The translations under genes were made by a program, and so were the position numbers. DNA of 64,000 bases, from the NCBI GenBank assembly GCA_023213395.1, contig CM041465.1:164183741-164247740 (forward strand), read 5' to 3'. The DNA comes from Cycas panzhihuaensis. Taxonomy: Eukaryota > Plantae > Cycadophyta. The notes under the pieces were generated by a model. That model was not told the DNA's origin. It searched no databases and saw only the letters and a program-made list of their open reading frames with translations. Of this stretch, positions 46,900-60,444 are shown in pieces. Position 1 is the first letter of the stretch; each line of letters begins with the position of its first letter.

Positions 46900-47567
46900 T
46901 ATTTCTCCTTGAACTTGTGGAATAAATACTTAAAGAAGACTTTGAATATTTGTCCTTTAGCTTGATAGTCATCATCCTTGATGTAATCAACAACTTACCT
47001 TATCATCCTTTCAATAATGTATATCTTTTTAATATTATATGGTTTAAATGACTCTCAATAGGTGTATCTTAATTTAAATGAGTAGAGGTAGCTTCATCTT
47101 GATCTTTGTCTTTTATTTTAGTCAAGTCCAAGATATATATCATCTTACCAAATGCAATATTATAGTCATTACTTTTATTGAAATCTATATTAGTACAAGT
47201 AGTATTAGTCTTTTCATCAAAATACACCTACTCTAACATCTACTTCACAGGAAAAACATTATTAATATAATTAGTAAGATTAAACTCTAGTATCTCCCCC
47301 ATAAATTAATTCTAAGGTATCCCATATAAATTTGATTATGGTAAGTTAACAGACATTAGAGAATATATTATCATTTATGCTACAAAATATTAGTATTAAG
47401 GATTCATTGTCTTTTTTCATATCTTCTTTAAGATTCAGTTCATATCCATCTTTTACATATTTCCAAAGGTTATTTGAAATAAAGTATGCTTTCATTATTA
47501 TACTCCATAGTTGAAAATCATTTATGTTAAATATAGTAAAGCTTATGTTACTTAGATTCATTGCCAT
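46900..47567 (-). pseudogene. Copia-type gag N-terminal domain of element C; end approximate
   Basis: FNINDFQLWSIIMKAYFISNNLWKYVKDGY...KKDNESLILIFCSINDNIFSNV. Confidence 0.82.
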
Positions 47568-48268
47568 TACATAAAAAACTTTAGTATATGATCGAAAAAT
47601 ATGATTTTAATGAACAAATAAGAAAAGCAATCCTCAAATGAAAAAATAATAAATGATGCTTTATAATAAATTTCACTATTCAAAACATAAAAGAATGAAG
47701 TAACATAAATATTTTTTTATTGAATGAAATAAATATACAATCAAATATCCTTTTGAATTAAGAATGATAAATACTCCTTTGAAAAAAATATATAAAATAA
47801 AGTAACAAGTTTCTTTTTCAAAGTAAGCTGAATATACTTCTTTTCAAAAAATTTGATTGAACAATAAGAAGCTAAAAGGAGAACTCAAATAAATGAAACT
47901 TTAAGTTTGTTTCAATGTTCAAATGCCTTCTTAATCAAATAGCTAAGAAATTCCTTAAAGAATGCAAGGCAAATATCCTCTTGGATTAAAAACAATATTT
48001 AAACTATGATCCTTTTAAGTGATAATGAATATAAAAAAAAAACTTAATAGAGTATGCCTTGGAATGCTTAAAAGTGTAAAATAATAAGTTTGTAGTTATG
48101 CACTATTGTATACCTTTTAGCTTTCAAATGCAATAGCTTTAAAGTAATTGAAATATATCTTCTACTAGTAAATCAATAAGCTTGAAATATAAAATTTCAA
48201 ATGAATGTGTCTTCAATCAATGAGAATCTGATGAAAAAGTATGTTCTTTGAATAATTAAATGCAATCT

Positions 48269-51200
48269 TATTGGAATATGTATACATACTAATTAATGTA
48301 AATGGGTCCTATTTATATGCTTAATTGTGTAGAGGAATATTTTTTAGTATAGTGAGATGATGGATATAATTGTATTGATATTTTGGCACTTTAGATCTAT
48401 AAATATTAATCAAAGTCTATCTTTTATAATAACATTATTTTATTATAATGTGAATAATATTGCTTATGGGTTTTCACCCGTAAGTGTTTCCCATGACAAT
48501 CTGGTGTCCAGTGTGATCTATTTCTGCTTAATATCTATTTGATGTGAAATATCCTAATAATCTTGTTTGCTTTAGTTATGTTTCCCAATATGGTATCAGA
48601 GCTTATAGGTCATGCACAGGTAAATGATCCTTATCAAAGGTCCAATCGATGGTGCTAGGTCATGTTAGATTGCCCTTAGTGGATTGACATATCCGATAAC
48701 CCTACAAAATAGCTATAGTAGTACATATGATTATTGAAGGATCCCGAGAGCCTTCTATTCATTATTTACAAGAATTTTGAGCTATATGGAGGTGTGTAGA
48801 TGAGTTTTGACTCTGTTTCTAGCCATGTGAGTGTTGTTTGCGTCTATTGAAGGTGTCAGATCCCTATTTGATGATGCCACTGAGTTTGTATGCCCTGGAA
48901 ACATTTGCCAACCCTTTATTACTAGTGGAAGAGTGCAAAACCCTAACAGAGCTATTGTAATGCCGTGAAACCAAAATATAGTTAAATAATAGAGGTATGC
49001 TCTTATTATAGTCACTCGTTGATATTTAGGATTTGATTGGCTATATTGCTCCGTCGTCTTTTTATACACTACAGTCTACATTGCATTTGCACTCATGGAC
49101 TATTAATAATATAGCCTATGTAAGTATATCTGCTTGAAGTATACGATGTTGCCCATATATATCATAGTGACCTATGATGATATAGTTTTCTATGTTGTGC
49201 ATATATATTATATTAATCACTTGTATATACTGTTTGTTTTGGAATTTGATTTTATTATGCCAATGTTTGCATGATTATTAATCATCCACATGATGTATTT
49301 GATTCATTAGCTGATTTGTGATGGTGGGTGTGTTGCATATATATGCAATTTACCGCCAAAGAAATATATACAATTGCCATTGTGTATTCTTAATTGGTCG
49401 ATGTTGCAGGTATAATATTATGGATTGCTGCCATCATTTGTATATCTATTTTGATTAATCCATCATCCATGAATATACAATCTCATTATACATAATAATT
49501 AGTAGCCTTCTCTATTGCCCTAAGTCTGTCATTTGCATAAATATTACCATCATCGTTGCCTATTCCTCTAAGTGATGGTCACTCATGACGAAGTTTTTTC
49601 AGTCATAGATTGACATTGATATTTTATATAACAGTTGTCGGTTTATGATATTTTTGATATATTTAATTATTGATTATACCTTGTATCACCATATGCAGAT
49701 TTGCAAGATGATTTCCAACTATATTAATCACCCAACCTAACATTTGATAGTTCACTTATTAATTATTATTTAGTCATTGATTTTTTATATATTAAATTCA
49801 CTCGTGAATAATACATATTCTTGATATATATTTGATATATATTTTGGCATTTGATTTTATAAAAGTCACCCATGATATAGTTCACACTTTGATGATTTAT
49901 TTAATTGTTGTTTTGACGTCAATATAATCTTTATTAAAGCCGCCAATATACTATATTAATGATATATTGATTAAGGTTCACTTTAATGATATTTTAAATC
50001 ATTAAGTCACCTTATTATCAAAGCCTTTTTTTACTATTGATCATTGTTTAATAAAATCATATGTTACCTTTATTTACCTCTTAATTTGAAGTCTTATCAA
50101 CTTAATTATTTGAATTGGATTAAGGAGACGCTTGATATATCGGAGTGGTTGGTTGACATCCATTCTTTATCAGGCATGAGATTGTACTTTGATTAAGAAG
50201 GCATATTGTTGTGATTGTCAAAGTGATATAAGTATATAAGAAAGGTTTGTGTATGGTATATTTATGGCATTAATGGCAAAGGGGTGACTATTTGGTGACA
50301 TGAGCCGTTTTGTTACTCTTTGCATGTATTTTACATAAAAGAGTAAGGCAGGTGTTATGGGAAATTCTAGGCTCTCTTGCATGTGCATTACATAAGAGAG
50401 TGAGTTAGGTGAAGAGACAACTATTGGTTCTCTTATATGCATTTGCATGAGAGAGTTGGTGTGGAAATGACATGGCAATATGAGGTGATGAGGTGCTTAT
50501 TGTATGTGAGATTATATGGCAAGTTAATTGGGCATGTTTGAGGGCGAGATTGGGCATGTTTGAGAGCAAGTGAAAGGGCAAAGTTTGTTTGAGATACCTT
50601 AGCTCCATTATAACGCAAACTCTATTACTATTTAAGTGTGGCATAGATCATTACACAAACTTCATATTTATATGATTATTCAGTGAAATGAGTGTGATTT
50701 ATTCAGTTATATTCAAGTTTTGTTGTATCAGATGTATATGAGGTGATGGAGCTTAAAATTTTCTTATACGAGTGGTTGTTGTTTATAATGGACTATTATA
50801 CTTTTCTAGTTGGACTAATGATAGCATAAAGATTTGTGGTCTGTTTAATGCTAGTTCAACATGGGTGCATATATGAACAAGTTTGATGTAGAACCAAGAT
50901 AAAGTGTTTGATGAAATTTAAAGTGTGAATGGAAAGTTCTAAGATGAGATGCCTTAAAATCAGTGATGCCTTTGTCATGGTATAAATAGTTGGCCTATAA
51001 GGTTGCATTGTAGGTGAGTATCATGATGCAGATGGTGATGTTTGGTGTATGTTATGGTTTGCCTCCTATGTTTTGTTAGCAAAAACTACAGTAGACAAGT
51101 ATGGGTACCCTTGTTATAATTGTTCATGGCATATTTTCCCCTCGTGTTTTGTGTTAGACCAAGTTAGAAGCCTTCCATTTATTTCATTTGGTACATTGGA

Positions 51201-52521
51201 GTGCACTCATCTTAGACAAAGATTACAATAATAAGATTGTAAGAGTTTAAAGCCTATGGGTTGTTTAGCTTATAAATAGTGTGATTCATAGGGGGATATA
51301 TTATGATCAATCTAGATGTTCAATTGAAGAGTTGTTGACATATCATGCTGAGTATCATTTGGTTACAGGTTTTATCCTTCATTGCTTTACTTTTTCGAGT
51401 CATTGTTCAGTAGATGTAGAGATTTATTTGCCTAACATTATGCTTGAGATGGAAACAAGAACTAGTGAGAGATTGATAATGAGGACCTGTTAGATGATGA
51501 GACATAGAATGCAACCCCATATTCCATTGATAGTTGAAGAACTATAGGATGATGGAAGATCATAGATCAACATACCAATCAAATCTTGAGATAGATACCA
51601 ACATTCCAATGAGTGTTGATTTGCAATGGCAAGTTGTATTGAAGTAAAGAACCTAGTCGGTTTACAAGTTGAAAGCTTATTACACATGATTTCTAGAAAG
51701 AAGAAGGATTAAGATATAATGAGACATTTTGCACCAGTCTCTATGTTGCATTTGGTCCATTTGATCCTTGCTTTAGGAGCTTCATATAGTTGGGTATTAT
51801 ATCGTATCATATTAGTGTTCCTTAATGAAGACTTGAAGAGGCGATTCACATGGCTTGAGTGGCTCAACCTCTTAGTTTAGTCAAAGGAATATGGCTGAGT
51901 TATATGTACAAAGTATCAGGTGTAGAGAGAGCTATATGGTTGTAGGTCTATTAGAGAATTTCTAAAGAATTGAGCACATACGAGATATAACACCATTATA
52001 TCCGAGAGAAGACCAGATCAGGGAAGATGTAGGTTGAAGATTGTCCAAGTGAAGATCGACTTGTTTATATATTTACCAAGCTCAAACTAAAGATCACTAC
52101 ATCAATGTTCATGCATATTAGGTTAGGTAAGGTTATCCTTGAGAAGGGATCTATTCCCAATGATAAACCTTGTTACCCCATATTTACATTAAGAGGGGAT
52201 GTTAGAATATGTATACATACCGACTAATATAAGTGGGGCCTATTTATACGTCTAATTATGTGGAGGAATATTTTCAAGTGTAGTGAGTTGATGGATGTAA
52301 TTGTATTGATATTTTCGCACTTTAGATCTATAAATATAGATCAAAATCCATCCTTTATAATAACATTATTTTGTCATAATATGAATAATATTATTTGTGG
52401 GTTTTCACCTATAAGGGTTTTCCATGGTAATTTGGTGTCCCATGTGATCTATTTCTACTTGATATCTACCTGATGTGAAAGATCATGTCAACCTTATTTA
52501 CTTCAGCTATGTTTCCCAATA
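48269..52521 (+). mobile_element. Non-autonomous copia derivative D (4253 bp) nested in C
   Basis: LTRs 48269-48590 and 52200-52521; TSD AATCT; PBS tggtatcagagc 48591-48602; PPT aagagggga; pol scraps ETFAPV, FLNEDL, HHYIREK...CPSEDRLVYIFTK. Confidence 0.93.
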
Positions 52522-55468
52522 AATCTAATATCTTTCAAATTGAGATGCTCTTTGTAAATATGAATACTATATACACCTTCTCTAAGTGATGTAATAAATT
52601 AATAAAACCTTCAATATTTGAATGCTCTTAAATCTTGGAATGTTAAATGAACCTAGAAGTATAAAATGAGCAAAAACTTATAACTATGCCCTTTGCAGTG
52701 CCCTTTTCAAGCTAAAAAATGGCTTTGAGATGTAGAAAGAATATTCTTTGTACTAATATAAATCCAATGACATATAGATCCTTTACAAATTTAAAAATAA
52801 ACTAGGTGTACCTTAAAATTTTTAAGAAGATAGAATACTTGAAATAATCAAATATACTCAAAAAATTATTCTATATTCAAATGAAAGTATAAAAGTAAAG
52901 TCGATGGTCAAGGTAAGTAGTACCAATTTGACGTATTAATCCATATAGGCCTCTTGATCCTCAAGAAGCTAAAACTAATTCTAAAAAGCTACAAACCAAC
53001 TTGTAATCTTATGAAAAAATAGTAAATATCCTCAAGAAACTAATTAGTAGCAAATAATATTCAAATATAAAAAAAATTGCTCAAAAAATATCATAAACTT
53101 TCCTAATTAGGGTTAAAATATAACCTTAAATTAAGGAGATTTAAACACATTCAAAATAATATCAAAATAAGATGACACTAGTTCTAATGTATAGAGCTCT
53201 GAAAATCCTTTCTGTTGGTTCTTACGATTTAAAAAACGGAGTTATAAAAGTCAAGATATTGAGGAATCAGTGAATAGACCCTTTTTTGGCAATTAAAATA
53301 AATGTAGAAAGGAAAGTCAACTTTGACTAAGTCAAATGCTATAGAAATAGGCTCAAATTAAATAAAGAATGGTACTAGGCTAAAAAGCTTTGAAATACAA
53401 ATCCAACAAGTCTAACTTTCCAAGAAACTTACACTCCAGTGAAGATTTATAGCAAAAAAAATGAGTGGTCCTTTTTGTGTATTAATAAAATAAAAAATTT
53501 AAAAGAAAAAATAATAAGGCCCTTTGGAATTAGGTTGTTGGTCACATGCAAACCTGATATGATCAACCGTTAAGTACCCAAGGGGGATAATGGATCTCAA
53601 AGGTTTATGAAATAGAATTAATAGTCTTTAAAACCAAAAATTATAAAAAGGAACTAATTATAATTTAGAATCCACCGAGATTGAGGTCACATGGACTAAA
53701 TGTGACTAGGGGCCCAAGCACGAAGGGGGCTAATGCTTAAATGACTGCCCAAATTTCAATAGATTATCATATTTAATTAAATTTAATTTAAACTTTATAA
53801 AAAATATAAATAAAACTCTAAAAAAAATAACATCGTTTAATAGTAATTAGCAGTCGATATAGAGGGTGTAAATGGAACTAATTTCGAGCACTAAAATGAT
53901 CTGAAAATCAGATCAAACCACTAATGAGAGGGGCACAATAGACGTGCCACCAAATTCATGTAATTTTTTTTTTTTTAATATATTAAAACAAAGAAAAACA
54001 TGAAGTGATGAGTGGTGGCCGGAATAACAAGAAACAAATGAATGATGAGGTTAGACAATTAAAAATCAATCCTAAATGGTATGGATTTAATCACTAAGAG
54101 TTTTCCTAACAATGACACCTTCTACTAGTTGAAAATATTTGGAAACAATATTTATAAAATTATATAAAATCAAGAAAATGCTTGAGTTTATTAGTGCATC
54201 CATGTAAGGGCATTTTTTAGTAGGTTGTACTTCTCACACAGGTAACAGATCTTGACAAAAATGGAGGGGCAGCTTAATATTGTTGATGCAAAGGCTCTTA
54301 TCAAATTTTATGATAAACAAATGCTCACACATAAAGAACAAAGCTCTAGAGCACAGAGAGGTCATACAACTTCATAGAGATCGTACAACTCTGAAAGGGG
54401 TCAAGATTGGTAAGTAACAACTTCAATAGTCCCAGATCTACCCTACTACAAAGTTTTAGAGGAATCCCATAAGAAATAGAACTAATACAAATAATTTCTG
54501 CTTTGAATTGTAGGGTTTCAATGCCCACAAAGAGTGATTGGGCTTCCGGGAAGAATATCTTGACTCAAGAGCAACAGTTTTTAGATTTGTTGAATGTGTT
54601 ATGAAGTTGGTTCAATGAGGATTCAAACGAATAGTTATATGTTGAGGTTCCAAGCAACGTAGAGGTCATACCATCCTGTTGAAATCACACAAGCTTGTAC
54701 AAACTTTGAAAATATATTAAAAAATAATAAAAAACATGATATTTTATCAAATAAATTCAGAAAATAACTATACTAGACTGTTGTTAGGTTGTATACACTT
54801 GATCTTATAGCAAATACTTGAAGAAACAATGATTACTATGCTTGTACACATGAAAAATATCAATTATTTGTCAAAACTATATAAGAAATAATATTAAAAA
54901 ACTATAATATAAACTAAAATACCAATAAATTCCATTGCCATGCACTTTGATACCAAATGTTGGAATTGAAATGGAGAGCAGAGCATAGCAGGTAAAAGTA
55001 TTAACTCAAGATATATTATAAATCATACACAATATCAGTGTATTAATCCATATTTGCTCAGAATACATCAAAAATCTTTGAGGAGGTGGTGTTAAAGAAC
55101 ACCAAGGTTATGCACCCCATAAGATATATAGTTGTGAGGGAGGAGGGAAACCTCTTCAACCTCTATAATTTAAAATAATATAAAATAATGCATAACTTGA
55201 CATTAAAATAAACTTACCTAACATAACATTAACATGTGTGCACTCACATGTTTCTAAGGTGGGAGTGGGATGAAAAACATTAACCCCAATAGAGATTTGC
55301 TCTAAGATCATATAAGGGTAGATGTAAAAGTTAGAGATATATAATGAAAGGTGATTTAACTCAAAATGAAGCCACGTAGACTAAGAATGGGTCGTGGACT
55401 CTGTGGAGAGTTTGAGAGGAGAACTGGCTAAAAATAAGCCTGAATCAATAGAAAACTCCTTTGAATGG

Positions 55469-58400
55469 TGTTAAAATATGCGACCATATCATCTAATGTA
55501 AAGTGGGCCTCTTATTTTTATACCTAATTATGTGGAGGAATATTCTCGATTGTGGTGACCTAATGGATGTATTTGTAATTATATTTAGCACTTTAGATCT
55601 ATAAATATAGATCAAAGTCCATCTTTTTAATATATCATTTTGTCATAATATGAAATATTATTCATTTATAGGTTTTCACCCATAAGGGTTTCCCACGACA
55701 ATATGGTATTCTATGTATCTATTCCTACTTCATATCTGCCTAATGTGAAAGATCCTATTGATCTTATTTGCTTCAATTGCATTTTCTAACATTCATGTAG
55801 GTCATACACAGGTAGATGGATGTTGTCGAAGGTCCAATCAATGGTGCCAGGTCATGCTGGCTTGCCCTTAGCAAATTAGTGTGCCGATAACCCTGCAGAA
55901 GAGCCACAGTATGCAGGTGATCGATGGTAGATCCCATGAGCCTTCTATTCTTGTTTGTAAGTATTCTAAACTACATGGAGGTGTGTGGAAAACTATTGAC
56001 TTTGTTGTAAGCCATGTGAGTGTCATTTGAGCTTGTTGAAGGTATTGGATCCCCGCTTGACATTGCCACTGAGTTTGCATGCCCTAGAGTCAATTGTCAT
56101 CCCACTCTGTTACTGATGGGAGAGTGCAAAAATCCTAATAGATCATTGCATTGCTGTGAAATTAATATTATGGTTATATTAAAGGCATGTTCATCATATA
56201 ATGATGTTATTGATATTTTAGGGTTTTAGATTTATATTATCACCCATATATTATATTGTTGGCTAGTTTATGCTTATTGTTAGTGATTGATATATTAAGT
56301 GTTTAAAATCTTGCCACCCATATCCTCTACATTATTATATTATACCGTATGATATATTGCACTGTATATTACATATGTTAGCTACCATTATTTTTATTAA
56401 TCCCTTTAATTAATATATGGCCTATGTTATTTTACTGGCTATCAGTATACATATGCTTCCACCTATTTCCAGTAGCATGATATATATGCAGTCATGTTGT
56501 ATGTTGTTGATTAGCCCTAGTTGTTACATAATTACAGCCATTAGTTTATATTGATGCAGTATTCATCTTTATATATTTGTAAAGCCACCCATTTAGATTA
56601 AACATATCTACATATAACTATTGCCCTAGATGTCGTTGTATTGATACATCTGCAACCGCTAGTTGCTCAAATGAATGTCATTGCAACCACTTGTTTTGGA
56701 GATGCCAATCGCCCATGATGATTTAGTATGCAACTGCTTCTATATTCTCACTACCTACGTGTATTCATAAAGTCACCTATGTATGTGCAGGAGCTACCAT
56801 CATTTTATAACCATTGGTAAACTTCACACCGCGTGATGCATTTTCGCCCAGCCTTATATTAGTAGCCACCGTGAATGTGTATGGAGATTGACTCAGCTAT
56901 TAAATATGAGTTTGCCCGCGATGGTGCCACCATTGTTTTACATATTGAGTTGTCGTTTATCAACACTCGCTACATGCATGTGAATGTCTGCATTGTTGCT
57001 TGGTGCATCGTCTATGGCATTTATATATTACAACTTGTATATTATCCATTCGAGTTTTATCAAGTTGAGATGCCAGTTGATGTCTATGAAGTCGCCCATG
57101 ATTTTGCTACATCATTGTTATATATATTTTGATATATATTGAATCGTAAGCTGCTGATTTTATTAAGTTCGCCAATATTCATTTTTTTAAAGTCACTTTT
57201 AATATGTCATCTTGATATATAAAGTTCACCATTTTATTGCTCATAACTGAGCCTTATATACGTTGGCATTAATACTCTTTAGTATATTGCATTGGTTGAT
57301 AATGAAGTCACTTGCCTTACATTAATATATATTATGGCATTTGATTAAAATCATTCACTTTGGTATTAAGTGCATTATGGTTTTATTTTTAATGGCATGA
57401 ATATGGTGATGTTTGAAGGTGAAGTATGTGTTCTTTTAAGCACTATGGTGATGATTGTTTAAGTGACTTTGAGGGATTGTTTCTCTTTCATGCAAATGCA
57501 TGAAGAGAGTTGGTGAAGTAGTGAAAAGTCTTTGTTGCATGCATTTGCATGACAAGGTTTAATGGGTGAAGTTGGTGACTTGATTTATGGTGAAGAGAGT
57601 GCATTGAAGCACGCTTCTTTATGGGCAAGAAGAGGGCAAATAAGGACATGTTTGAATGGGTGAGATGAGGCGAGATGTGGTACTTGTTGCATGTGTATTA
57701 CATGGAAAGGTTGGATGAGTTTGTTAGGCATATGTTGGGCAAGTTTTAAGGGCAAGAGTAAGGACAAAATTGGGCAAGTTTGATGGGGTGGTTGAGGGCA
57801 ATGATGGGTAAGTTTGGTCAAAGAAGGGTGAGTTTGAGTGAGATACCTTAACTACAATTAATACAAACTCTATTACTATTTGAGTGTGGCCTAGATCATT
57901 GCATGATGTTCATGTGATTATTCAGTGAAATATCTATGGTTGATTTGGTGAAATGAGTGTTATTTATTTAGTTACATTCAAGTTCTATTGTATCAGATGT
58001 ATGTGAGGTGATGAAGTTTAGAATTTGTGTGTATGAATGGTTGCCGTTGATGATGGACCATTATACTTTGCTAGTTGGACTGATGTTAGCATGAGTTTTA
58101 TGACCTGATTTATGTTGGTTCAATATGAATGCATATCTAAACAAGTCTAATGTGGAATCGAGATAACATGCTTGATAAATTTAAGTGTGAATGGAAAGGT
58201 CTAAGATGAGATGCCTTAAAAATAGTTATGCCTTTGTCATGGTATATATAGTTGGCCTATAAGGTTGCATTGCAGGTGAATATCATGATGCAGATGGTGA
58301 GGTTGGTGCATACTAGTGTTTGCCTCCCATGGTTTGATGGCAAAAACTATAACAGGCAGGTATGGGTACCCCTGTTGTGAATGTTTGTGGCATATATTCC

Positions 58401-59689
58401 TCTCATGATTTGTGTTTGGACCAAGTCAGAAGCCTTCCATTTGGTTCCTTTGGTGCATTGGAGTGCACACATCTTAGACGAAGATTACAGCAGCAGAATT
58501 GTAAGCATTTGAAGCATATTGGTTGTTTAGCTTATAAATAGTGTGATCTACAGGGGAATGTATTGTGATCAGTCTAGATATTCAGTTGAAGAGTTGTTGA
58601 TGTATCATGTTGAGTATCATTTAGTTACAGGTTATATCCTTCATTACCTCACTTCTCTGAGATGTTATTTAGAAAGTGTGGAGGTTTGTTTACCTAAAAT
58701 TATGCTTAAGACAAAAGCAGGACCTAGTGACATATTGATGATGAGGAGTTGTTAGATGATGAGACATGGATTGTAACCCCATGTTCCGTTGGTAGTTGAA
58801 AACCTGCAGGATGATGGAAGATCATGGATCATCATGCCAGTCAAAACTTTTGATAGATACCAACATTCCAGTGAGTGTAGATTCATAATGAGAGATGTAT
58901 TGAAGCAAGAACTTGGTCAGTTTGAAAGTTGGTTGCACGGGATTTCTAATAGGAAGAAGGATTAAAGTATGATGAGATATTTAGCACTAGTCTCTATGTT
59001 CATTGGTCTATTTAATCCATACTTTAGCAACTTCAGATAGTTAGGTATCATATCATATATTAGTATTCCTTAATGAAGACTTGAAGAGGTGATTCACATG
59101 GATTAAGTGGCTCTACCTCTTGGTTTAGTCAAAGGAATATGGTTGAAGTGAATGGACAAAGTGTTAGGTGCAGAGAGGGCTATATGATTGCAGGTCTGTT
59201 GGAGTATTTCCAAAGAATTAAGCACATATGAGGCATGGCACCATTACATCTGACTAATAATTGCTACATCGACGTTTGTGCATATTAGGTTGAGTAATGT
59301 TATCCTTGAGAGGGGATTTATTCCCAATGATAATTCTTGTTGCCTCATATTTACATTAAGAGGGGATGTTAAAATATGTGACCATACCATCTAATATAGA
59401 GTGGGCCTTCTATTTTTATGTCTAATTATGTGGAGGAATATTCTCGATTTTGATGACCTAATAAATGTATTTATAATTATATTTAGCACTTTAGATCTAT
59501 AAATATAGATCAAAGTCCATCTTTGTAACATATCATTTTGTCATAATGTGAAATATTATTCATTTGTAGGTTTTCACCCGTAAGGGTTTCCCACAACAAT
59601 ATGGTGTCCCATGTATCTGTTCCTGCTTGATATCTGGCTGATGTGAAAGTTCATGTCAACCTTGTTTGTTTCAGTTACATTTTCTAATA
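55469..59689 (+). mobile_element. Non-autonomous copia derivative E (4221 bp), same family as D, nested in the B leader
   Basis: LTRs 55469-55791 and 59367-59689; TSD AATGG; PPT aagagggga; 57840-59366 colinear with 50590-52199; PBS absent. Confidence 0.93.
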
Positions 59690-60050
59690 AATGGACCCTC
59701 ATAAACTGAGAATATGACTATCTCACCACTAGAGAGGAATAACAACTCCAACAAGTAGATTTATCTCAGGCTAGGATTGGAATGACTTGAAAACGAGTCA
59801 TTTCCTTCGTTGTTGATTAAAAAATGGAACTCTAACCACATATGGATGTAAATGGACTGAGTATCAGTAGTATGAGACTGAAATAAGTTAAAAAAGTCCT
59901 ACACTCACATCAAAACAACTATATACACTAATAATTAAGAGAAAAATTGAGAAAATATAAGAACTGGGTGTCGTTATGAGGAAATGGGCCTTTTTTCTTC
60001 ATTAGTTTCTTTAAAACTTTAAACAAGAGCATATGCAAGCTCTGATACCA

Positions 60051-60444
60051 TGATAAAATCATCTAGAATCTAAAATCTATGTGCTTTTAGCATAAATCAA
60101 GGCTAAACTATAGAAATAATGTAAAAAATATTCAAATAAACAAGCATAATTAAGATAAATCAAAGATCACAGGCAAATTGGTCACCACGTGAGGCTCCAA
60201 ACTAGCAAAGCTTCTATATATACTTAAAATCAATGTACAAATAAATAGTATGGGCCTTAATTTATAAGCATCCCACCAAGATTTTTAATAATACAATTGG
60301 CTGACTAAGTGGCACATACGACAGACCTGATGTGAATATAAAACATGATTAAATTTATATTTAGGGTCACCTAAAGTATAAAATAGACATATAATGTATA
60401 TAGAATACAATGAAATTAAGGTGACATTGCATAATATTTTAACA
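60051..60444 (-). repeat. 5' LTR of copia B (394 bp, TG...CA)
   Basis: Adjacent perfect PBS; shares atgcttataaattaag, tttgtaca and aatttaatcat blocks with the A LTR. Confidence 0.88.

Larger units (their letters stand above)
46536..55291 (-). mobile_element. Non-autonomous gag-only LTR element C (TR-GAG-like, ~4.5 kb without the nested insert)
   Basis: LTRs 46536-46866 and 54958-55291; TSD GAGAT (46531-35 / 55292-96); PBS tggtatcaaag 54945-54955; PPT aaggaggag next to 46867; short gag, no pol. Confidence 0.9.
44059..60444 (-). mobile_element. Ty1/copia element B (same family as A, opposite strand): 5' LTR 60444-60051, PBS, leader split by nested insertions, gag truncated at ~44059
   Basis: Perfect PBS tggtatcagagc (60039-60050); leader pieces 59690-60038, 55292-55468, 45090-46535 rejoin across TSDs; gag matches A (WAYVNGDMPLP..DPNDP...FKTKGNIALSFFHLAVEDEVDQNIE). 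Confidence 0.88.

Noticed and set aside
52469-52485. ctgatgtgaaa in the D/E LTRs as a hammerhead ribozyme (retrozyme) core
   Set aside because: Lacks CUGAUGA and has no stem II between the core and GAAA; no closing helices seen.
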